Shown here piece after piece: positions 26,289 through 37,079 of a stretch of DNA of 64,000 nucleotides. The notes under the pieces are model-generated. The model saw only the letters and a list, made by a program, of their open reading frames with translations, made no database searches and was not told the origin of the DNA. Position 1 is the stretch's first letter. Every line of letters starts with the position of its first letter. A program made the translations under genes and the position numbers. Source of the DNA: Syncephalis fuscata S228 (taxonomy: Eukaryota; Fungi; Zoopagomycota). The stretch is from NCBI GenBank assembly GCA_025786725.1, contig JAHLTZ010000047.1, positions 62,001-126,000 on the forward strand. The letters are read 5' to 3'.

Positions 26289-29200
26289 ATGCAAGCGAGT
26301 TTCTTCTCGTCGACGTTTAGCGACAATCTAAGCGGCTCGTCGTCCACACGCAGTCCCGACTTTGTTAAACGTCGGCTTGACCATTACTATCGCGCCATCA
26401 ATGCGATTGTTCTTTCACGCCAGAATGCCTGCAGCGGCTTGTTACCGGCCTCGGTAGCTGTTACAACGCACGGCGATTATCGCGATGCCTGGGTACGTGA
26501 CAATGTCTACTCGATCCTTTGTGTATTCGGTCTGGCTCTGGCCTATCGTCGATTGGACGACGATGACGGACGTGCCTACGAGCTCGAGCATTCGTGCGTT
26601 AAACTAATGCGCGGTCTACTTACAAGTATGATGCGACAAGCAAGCAAAGTGGAGCAATTTAAGCAAACACAAGCACTGGAACACTCGCTCCACGCCAAAT
26701 ACAGTACGACAACGGGCGAGCCAGTTGTAGGCGACTTTGAATGGGGTCATCTTCAGTTGGATGCGACTAGTATATTTTTATTAATGCTTGCGCAAATGAC
26801 GGCAGCTGGCATGCAAATCATCTATACGAGTGATGAAGTTGACTTTGTTCAAAATCTTGTGTTCTATATTGAACGTGCTTATCGGTAAGTAAATGGACAA
26901 ATATTATTTATTTTGTATCTGTAAGTGATGTTAATTATTGTATCTAGCACGCCAGATTACGGTATTTGGGAACGTGGTAATAAAATCAATCATGGACAGC
27001 CTGAATTAAATTCGTCATCCATTGGCATGGTTGTGGCGGCTTTACAAGCAATTAATGGTATTAATCTTTTTGGTCCTCGAGGTGGTCCATCAACGGTGAG
27101 GTATTAATATAAACTAAATGTTTATTTTACTTATTAAATGAATAGGTCATTTACGCACTACCCGATGAAATTACCCGCAACACCACCGTATTGCACTCTG
27201 CACTTCCACGCGAATCAAACTCCAAAGAAATTGACGCTGCTCTTCTTTCGATTATCAGCTATCCTGCTTTTGCCGTCTCTGATAAAGCATTGGTGGAGCG
27301 CACACGAAATGATATTATTAAAAAATTGGGCGGTAAATATGGCTGTAAACGCTTTTTACGCGATGGCCATCAAACGACCGTTGAAGGTAAATAGAGGGTA
27401 TATTGGTTTATAGTACTGTGCAGTTAACCATTTATTGCCACCTTAATAGACACTTCCCGTCTGCATTATGAACCACACGAGCTTGAAGTGTTTAAAGACA
27501 TTGAATCAGAATGGCCTTTGTTTTTTACTTATCTTATATTGGATGGTATATTTACAGGAAATGATGTTCAAGCAGAAGAGTTTGCAGAGGCGCTAGAGCC
27601 GCTAATCATTTCATCAGGCCAATTAAACCAGTTGGGATTGAAGCTGGAAGGTATTAACGTTGATACACAGCGTGTTCCTAGCGATGCCACCGGTTCTACG
27701 CCGCCTATTACACCACGAGCACCGCGTGATGATATTCCATTGATTCCTGAACTGTATTTTGTGGCTAGAGATCGGGTTGATGCCGAAAAGGCCAATCCTC
27801 ATTCACAGCCACGTATGCCAAATGATAACGTGCCATTGGTATGGGCCAATTCCTTATATTTCCTTAGCCAATTGCTACGTGAAAATCTACTATCGCCAGC
27901 GGAGGTTGATCCATTGGGACGTCGTTTACTTCCCAAGTTCAATAAAGCATCAAATACAGTGGTGCAAATTGTGCTATTGTCGGAGGATGTGCAGCTACAG
28001 TCGAAGCTAGCTGTCTATGGCCTCGAGACGCAGACCGTTGATGAAGTACAGCCAGTTACTATTGGATCACACAAGGCACTGCTTGAAGTCTATAGCACCT
28101 TGGGCATGAATCGTAAGCTAGGCTTATCTGGTCGACCTCGACGGTACGTGCAATAATTGCCTTTACGGCTAAATATTAATATAAAACATATATACTAATT
28201 ATAATGGGTAATCACATTTGTAAATAGACCGGTTGGTTGTCTAAGTACATCTAGACTTTATCGCGTACAAGGCCAATTATACGCATTTACACCGCATTTC
28301 CTTGATCGAGAAACCTTCTATATGACAAGCGACAACGAGTACTTAATGGCACTATTTGAACAAGAACTAGCGTTTATCCGCGACAATTGGACTTGTTCTG
28401 GCCGTCCAACACTAGTTGTTATGTTAACACATGCCATGATGGACAGTATTACAGGTGGCCGGCCGTCGACTCATTCGGCAAATTCAAACCAGACCGCCAT
28501 GAATCTATCACGTCCATCTATTAGGTATCGTGGCCGCAATATACTTAACTTTATGATGAATCTACGAGCCGGGCAATGTAATGGTGTTCGAGTCCGTTTG
28601 GGTCGACTATCGGAAATGGTCCGTACCAGCTATATTGAAAGCCTCGACTTTCTAGTCAACAAGAATGATGTTGATTGGTATGGTATTCTACGAGGCAGTG
28701 GCCGATTTGGACACTCTCCACGAGATATTCTATCAGCATCGGCTCGTAAATCTCGACAACATCGCCGTTCATCAACACGTAGCCGATCTCGATCTCGATT
28801 GGCATCACCGGTACTGAAACCGGAAAAGTATCTTAAAGACGAAACGAAATCCATTGGCATAGTGGGGACAATAGTGGCATCGCCACCACCATCTGCTACA
28901 TTACCTTCACTCTCGCTGGATATGTCGCTTTTATCCAACCATCATACACCAATCGATAAAGAAGGAAAGGAGATAGAAAGTAAGGCGAGCATAAATACTA
29001 GTAGTAGTAACGCTGCTATACCAGAACCATTGTCATTGGAACGAACGGGTACCGATCTATCTGAAGCATTATCTGATGATACAGTATTGGATATTGATAC
29101 ACTATCTCTTACCTTGGGCGACCCAAGCAGTGTACCACAAGCCATTGAATATCTAGTCAAATCAGCCAACTATACGATCAGATTGGTAAGAACTAATCGC

Positions 29201-31242
29201 TTAATTACTTAATATTTACAGTTATAATACCAATGCTAATTAAATATTAATTAGATTTATTACACTATTTACACTCATGTGTGGGATCAGCCTATCAGAT
29301 AGATGCGTTATCTTGTACAGTGGAACAATTGCTAGAGGAAGTGTATCGTAAGGCACTTGGCTTAAGAATGTGGCATGTTGTTCGTCAATCAGCTGGTTTA
29401 TTACGTAAAGTTGTCAATTCACTGTCTATTAATTTGACCGATCTACTTATTCGTCAAAAGCAAGTAACATTTTCATCTGGCGATGAAGAAGTATTTATTC
29501 GGTCTCCATTACCACCAAATGCATTAACAGAATTGCTGTATAAACATTGGTAAGTCATTAATAAACCATTTATCTTAATAACTCATTACTATTACACTAT
29601 TAGCCAAGATGATGCTCGTGAAGGGCCATTGGTACAGGAACTACTTACTTATATGGGCAGTTTCATTCGAGGTAGCCCACAGATGTTTGATGGTATTATG
29701 CGCTTGCGTACCCATTATATTATTGTCGCGTTACGAGAGGACATATCTCGTACTAAAGGATGTGATGAAGAGACAGCTGTAGAATTGTTAATGCAGGTAA
29801 GTAATAGTAATATTTACAGTAATATCGATAGTAACTAATAATGTTTATCATATTTATTGCAATAATAGATGAGTCCTAATGATCTACAACGGCTATTGGC
29901 CACTGTATTGAGTGGACCTAGCTTATGTAGTCCATTCAAAGAGCCAAGCGACAGTCCAAAAATGGATGATGAAAAAGAAAGCAAAAAACAAAGCAATAGT
30001 AACCACAAGAACATTGAACATCTACAGACACAACGACTTGTACGCGATCTATCACGTAGTTCTTCAAGCGTAGTTGCAGTATCTGTTCAATCTGCCGGAT
30101 TTGATGCCGGTGATTTTACTCATATTACCGTCAATAATGTGGAATATAGCATGAATCTACGTGGATTGAATGTTGTTGTTATTGATCGTCTTGGTGAGGT
30201 GACCGAGGTGGCCAGCTTTGATACACATCTTTCAAGTGAAGAATCAGATGCATTCTCCAAGTTGGTCGATCAATTGGAGAATGGATCAGTTATAGTGGTG
30301 GCCATTAAGGATGAAAGCTCATGGCACTTGTCATTGTCGGCCATACAAGCTTGTCGTTCACTTGGCAGTAAATCGATAGATCAGGTTCAGTTCCGTGACT
30401 CTTGGTGCTTCATTGGTACTAAAGGTAAGCCTGATATTGCATGTCAATTATCTAGCCAATTAATTATACTTGTATTAGGCAATACGTCATTGGCTGTTGA
30501 GTCATATCGACCAGCCAAAGATGGCCCAACTGAACTGCTGACCAAGCGTATTGACTTTTCTCGGCCACCAGTTGATCAGTCGGCTACTAGCAGCTGCAAT
30601 AGCCTCTCTTCTCTTGCACAGCTATCTCAGCACTATCCAAGCCCATCTGGCGGTAGATGGCTTCATCGACGCAAGAATGACGGTTCATTGAATCGAGTGC
30701 CTGAAGGCTTTTATCCACGCGTGTGGCGTATTCTTAGCCAGTCAGCTGGCTTGCTTATACGTGAAGAACGTCTTCCAAGAGATCCAATTGTATCGGAAAT
30801 GACGCCAGAGGAATTCAATTTTGCTATTGAAGTTGAATCGTTCCTTGACAATCTGATTGATCCGGCCGAGCGACAAATTGCCGTCGAGTGCTTAATGGTT
30901 ATATTCGACATGAGCAGTGAGACTGAAGAGACAGACATGAAAACACCATGCGATCCGGGTCATTCACCCCTATTAGACTTGTCGCGTGATATTGATTTGG
31001 TGAAGATTATTGACCATGCAGTTGCTCAGTATCGCGAACAGCATTTATCAACTCTCCCGGCAGAGACCGCCGAGACCGAACAAAAGATGGCCGAACAAAA
31101 GGAGCAGCCAAGTGAAGATAAAATAGGAGAAGAGCAGCTTCGTTTACTTTCGTATCAATACTTTTTCGATTTACCATTTGATCAACAAAATGGCACGGCT
31201 ACTTTTCTACGTGAAAGTGCACGACAATTGCTTCTATCCTAG
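26289..31242 (+). CDS. Phosphorylase b kinase regulatory subunit alpha/beta-like (GH15-like fold) with an inserted ILEI/PANDER-like domain
   Basis: [66 protein letters not shown]; about 7 introns; apparent 1-nt deletion near 29169. Confidence 0.88.
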
Positions 31243-31583
31243 CTCATGGCTATAAAAGCCAAAGCTTTACGTTGAGCAGTTTGGTAAATAAAATAAACAA
31301 TAGCAAAATGCTTTAATATTACTAATCATTAGTTGACAATCTATTCAGCTATCCATTAAATATAACATTTAGCTTGAGTGACTTAGTAAAAGAAATGTAT
31401 TTATTGACAATAAAACTGCCTAGACTAATCGATAGCATCGATAGTAATACATTTAGTACTATGGCGATGCTATAGCCCAAAAGTATAGACTTGGTGGAAT
31501 GATTATCAAAAGGCGGCTTAGTGTCAGTAAAACATAAATTGAACGCTGGATTTAATCTGTAGTTGCTAGCTTGATACTTGCGT

Positions 31584-33994
31584 TTATTTTCCTACTTTAA
31601 ATAAATTGGATAATGCAGTCAATATTAGAAACTTATGGACGACAATTGATAAGTTATTCGAATAACAGTACTTACCTTCTGTTATAATTATTTATTAGTT
31701 CCAATATTAATAAATGAACTTTATTAACACTGCCATACTCTTACTTATTATCATCCATCAAAGCCTATAGAGATAAGTCAATTGAAGATCATGAAGATAA
31801 TTAGTAATAATAGTAGTTTGGAGTAGCTATTTAGCACTTACTGACTAGTTATGTTAACAATTAGGCAGGTAAATAAATATAATTAATTTTGTATATTAAT
31901 CATTTAAAGTAAACTTACTAGCTAATGATATTATTTTGACAGATATATACATAAAAATATCACAATTAGTGTCTTTCTAATGCGTATTCAAATTTATTAC
32001 TTACTAGCTGTTGTTATTGATTTAAAAATAGTATTCATCAAAATATTAGATAGCTGCATATTACTCTGATTGCCTTTAATTTCCACTTACAATCTAATGA
32101 TAGATCGTGTAAATACAGTGTACAGTAATACCGTTAATATGTGTTTGTTTCTTTAGTTATGAATTCAAACATACCTTTTACCGATTTCAATAAACATGCC
32201 ATACAATCAATAAATGATTTAAATTAGCAAAATATTATAATGCATAATAAACATGTCGAATAGTATAACGTGGCCAACTATACATTCTAGTCACCAACTT
32301 ACCATTTGCTAACAGGTTAAAAAGTCAATTTTAGTAAACAATATAATGCAAAGGATTTTAAACGCAATCTGTGTCTGCACTTACTTATCACTAAAGTCAT
32401 AATTTATACAATAAAATATTAGCTATCGCAAATAGTCTAAATACAATCTAATTCGACCCACCGCCTATTAACATTAGTTAAAAACTATTACGTTAGCAAT
32501 ATGATACAATGCATATTTTCAAGTAGTACAGAAATTGCACAAGGTATAATCTTACATCCAACTGTGGTATTAATAAACCAGATTAAATATAATAAAGTAT
32601 TAATTATTATCAATTAGCTGAACATATGCTTTAGCTTACGAAATTCTATTAGCATTATTTTGTTAAATGCAGCATCAAATCGAAATATATTAGTAATCTA
32701 GGATTTATAGTGATCTATAAACTTACTCATATCTATTGAAATTGGATTCAGAATACATTATTAATGTTTTATTATGCTAATGATAATAGAAAATTACCGT
32801 CAACTATTTTAATAAACAAATGATTTAGATAATATAATGGTTAGTTTATATTCTAAATTAAAAATATTATGATTACTTACGAACTTCTATTAGTTTTAAT
32901 AATGCAGCATAGTTTGTTAAACCTATTGGAAACTTAAGTTTTATTCAACTTACTATCTATAAATACGGTTAATCAATCAAATTAAAATTGAGTTAATACG
33001 CTAATGACAATTTACAACTAAAACTCCAAACCTTAAGCTTACTTTTTTCTAATAATTGGTATTTATCAGTTATGTATAATAGCAGTAAGCGGCAGTCTCT
33101 TTTTAATTGCTTAAATCATAACCTACCAGACGCTATTTTTACCATATAGCAAACATTGATAGTCACAGCAATCGGTAGTTAGTAGTTGAATACTTATAAA
33201 TTATTGTAATTTACCCGGCACTATGCGTGTTTTTAGTACAATTAAAGCGCCATGTAATTAGTTATTATCCAATTAACAAAGTTGTAACTTACAAGATTCT
33301 ATCATCATTTAGGCATTGATATTGGTATGTAAAACAATGTTAGTTATGGTATAAACACTGATACCATAAATTACCGGAAACTATCAATGATAATAATTTA
33401 TAAATACGCAGTTAGAATCTTCAGATAATTGTTACATATTACAACTTACTTAATGCTATTAATATCAATTTGGAAAATATAGAGCATCAATATAAAGCTA
33501 GTTTATGAATTAATCATTTAGATTCTAACTTACCAGAACCTATTTCAGCAATTTGATGAATATTTAATATAAAATTTAACATTAACTTACGTAGAGCTAT
33601 CGATAGAAATTGAGAATGTTAGATAATAGCTAAATATAAACATTTATAATGTAACATACATGAACCTAATAAACAAGTTAGCGAACTAAACAACAATAAA
33701 GCATAAATAAATGTTAAACGTCCGATTACAACTTACATTTTGCTGTATAGACGTGTATCAATTAAATATCAATAAACTAGTATATTAGATGTTATACAGC
33801 TGCTTAACACTGTGTCTTACGATCATCTATTTGTGTTATTTTATTATAAATAATAGCAAGAAGTTAATAGTTTACTAAAGATAATTTTTGTTGCAACATA
33901 CCGCGGCGAACAATCAATGGTTGGCGTTAACGTCAATAACACTTGTTAGACACGCAACAACGGTCGTGCAAAGAATCGCCGTAGTAAGTCTCAT
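31584..33994 (-). CDS. Micro-exon gene encoding a small secreted protein (~29 exons, 25 of them 3 or 6 nt)
   Basis: Exon 1 (33994-33902) encodes MRLTTAILCTTVVACLTSVIDVNA-(x)PLIVRR-G; it needs +1 nt near 33921, otherwise TGA. Twenty consecutive YAG|3-or-6 nt|GT exons then splice to DDPKCSSLRSALISESLPASEKNKVLDDMKFLGCVITN with no stop. The 3' exons are less certain. Confidence 0.85.
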
Positions 33995-35227
33995 GGTTGC
34001 GTTGGCTCAGTTCAGTAAAACAAAAATGTTGTGTTAAAATGGAAAGTGAAAGTATGTACCTTTCATCTAGCGGTCTACGCACTTGTGCGCTATTTAAGTC
34101 TGTAGTCTGGCCTGTTTGACGCACAATAAACTAATTATAGATACCAAGTCTATGCATCCGTATGTGGTATTAGTCCACGTGCATACTATTTTCATCATAG
34201 CGCTTATGTGTCGAGTGTAAAACAACATTTTTTTATTGACCAAAGCGCTGTAACGCCTTTGGTAGCAGCGACAACAAAGGCGTATGCAGTCATTTATAGC
34301 AAAAAATAGATTGATTCATGGCGTTGATACAAGCAGCATCTGCATTGCATGCCTTTGGCCTTGTGCTTTTCATGCAGATACAAAGGTCTAGAATGCTTTT
34401 GAAAGCTTGTTTGAATATAGCATTACGCTATTCCAGTACACCTGTTAGTTATTAGCTGTACGCATACAATTACAAAATCAATTGCTTGACTAACACTATA
34501 GTATACCATAACATAATATATAATAGTGTGGGGTAGAATGGGAATGATATAAGTGGATATAGGATGTATGCATACTGGATAACAAATCTATGATGATGAG
34601 TATTTGATGATTGATGTCACTCACTACTTATTATCGTGTTTAATAAGAAGAATATCACCAAATTTAGTCATTTGATTCTTGAATTATATTAAATAGTTAA
34701 TAAAGCCAATTTATTTAATACATAAAACTAAATACATATTTAAAGACCAGTATCTAGTATTGATGCTAGTTATTGTAATGAATTAATAATACATACTTGC
34801 TAAGTTTGTTACGCTTGCTGTCTTTAATTTTTGGAAAATAAGAAGCTGGCACTTTTTTATCTTGGAAGAAAGGGCGCGCTTAGCTGTTTCCTGCTCTTAC
34901 TAAAAGCACTTTGAGTTTGCATGACATGGTTTACCTAAATAGTATTTTGCAAACATTGGGTTTTTATCTTTTTAATCAGTCCACGTTTTACAATTTTTGT
35001 AAATGGTATCAGCACATTCTAAGCTAATAAAAAGTTTTCCATTTCTATAATTTAATAACTATTTTTAGCAATACCTGTAAATTTTCAAATTTATCAGCTT
35101 TTAGCTATATAAATATATAAAATAAAAATGGCGCATTCTATTCTCTCTTTGTAACAACTATTTTTTTACTTTCACAAATACACAAATAGGTTTTATTTGC
35201 AATTTATTTTATAAATACTGGTCCAAT

Positions 35228-36558
35228 ATGACTAGCTTTACTTTGTGCAACGTTATATCAACTTGTGCTTTAATAGCGCTTTGCAGTGTATCACTGGTAA
35301 ATGCTATTTACTCAAAAATTGGTGGTAAGTGTGCATATTTGTGTTAAATCTGTGGTTTTTAGTAAAATTAATATCCATAATAGCTAAGCTTGGTTTTGAA
35401 AGTCCTGGGTATATTTATTTTAAAAATGAAGATGCACTTAAAGGTCATGGATTTGCCTCAATCAAATGGATTGGTGGATCACATGAAGTAAGCGTTGGCG
35501 ATGTCGTATGGAATAATCAGCGTAGATTTCTAAAATGTATAAAGGACAGCATGCTGTACCGCGAAGATGAAGCATTTAATGTAAGAACCTGGCTTGTTAT
35601 TAAAAAATTGACTCACCAAGAAATAGGTATTAAAAGAAGTAGAAGACAAAAATTTAATTCAAGACGACATGGCGAAAGGCAAGGCGTATGTTCAACAGCC
35701 GATACATAAATTTGAAGTACCAAAAGCATATAATAATCGTAAAAACGATGTTTGTTATATCTACTCATTTGCTGAGGGTGCTGATTTGAACGACTTCATC
35801 AATACAAAATCATGGGCAGAAAAGGCTACATTTCTTCCACAAGTGTTTTATCAAGTGGCTCAAGGTATGTAGTAATGTTATAAATTTTATATTTTACCAA
35901 CAGTAACTAGGTACTATGTATTTACGCTATGCCAACTTAATTCATAACGACTTGGAGGGGAAAAGTACGTTGATACATGTGTTTGTATGGTTATCTAACT
36001 ATTTTGAGTAGACATCATGGTTTGGCAAATACCGAATTCAAAAGACGTAAAAGTGACAATCATCGACTATGATGTTTCTGGACAATTGGTCCAAAATAAT
36101 GTTTTAGTCACTAAAAAATTGGTGCCACCACAAAATTTGGATAAAACACCAGCTTATAACTTATGCAATCAAGAAGATATAATTTTGTCCCGAACAATAT
36201 TCAGATCTATTACTGGAGTTTCACCGTATCAATTTACGGGCAATAAAGCGAATATATATAGAACTTGTTGGAGATTTTCCGATTAACAGCGCAAATATCA
36301 CCACAAACAACATCGGATAAACTTGAAAAACTAGAACAAATGAAAGCAAATTTTATTAAGCATTATCAATATCCACAATATGGACTGCCAATACTTCCAA
36401 CGCAATCTGACGCAACAGCAGCAAAAAAACTATTAGGACTTCTTGAATTTATGATGGAGCTAAACATGGGCAATAACTCTGACTGTTTAATCCAATTTAA
36501 ATGATGACGCCTACCTATACAGCTGAAAGAAATAAAGCAAATAATAAAACAAACGTAG
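35228..36558 (+). CDS. Secreted atypical kinase-fold protein, copy 2 (inverted duplicate of 24299-25658); 3' end disrupted
   Basis: Near-identical leader, intron 1 and catalytic region (IHNDLEGKN, IIDYD). Frameshifts at ~36264 and ~36492, and TAG at 36556 where copy 1 has Trp. Confidence 0.75.
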
Positions 36559-37079
36559 AACACATTTAAACAATTTACAGCTAATATTTAGTAAAAAGTA
36601 AACTAGTAGTGCTTATAATATTTCTTTTGTGTATTAGATAATAATAATGATCAAATATCTTGGTACAATAAGTACTGCAAATAATACATTAAATACATAT
36701 CTTTATTTTTACGAATCTATATACTGCCATGTTACACATCAACTATTCAAATTATTTACTTTACTGTTATTACTAAATTACTATTTTATAGCGGCATTGT
36801 AACAGACACATATTATGGATAATATAGCTATGCATTAAACTCATTATTAATTTTAGTCATACTGTAGCAGATGATAAACTCGTTTATTCAAATACTAATA
36901 ATAAAATACTATATAATCATACTCAAATAGCACATATTAATAAAGCAAGTTTATATAATGCAATAGTAAATAAGCAATATTATTTATAGATTTCATTTAC
37001 TTGCAGAATTGTGATTTAATTGTATAAAACAGAAATCATTCCTAATAGTCGCTTTTCATTGGTAGATAGATATTGCTAT

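Noticed and set aside
31349-31591. 80-codon open frame with a hydrophobic stretch (ILLGYSIAIVLNVLLSMLSISLGSFIV) in the micro-exon gene's last exon, a possible membrane anchor
   Set aside because: It needs phase-0 entry, whereas the array is phase 1 (giving GK-stop), and it runs through an AATAAA. More likely 3' UTR; cannot be settled without cDNA.
31592-33901. CRISPR-like or tandem-repeat reading of the ~80-nt periodicity
   Set aside because: The only recurring elements are splice signals; the spacers share no repeat unit and the context is eukaryotic.
33933-34124. 63-aa minus-strand ORF from the track
   Set aside because: It overlaps exon 1 of the micro-exon gene in another frame and has no recognisable features.
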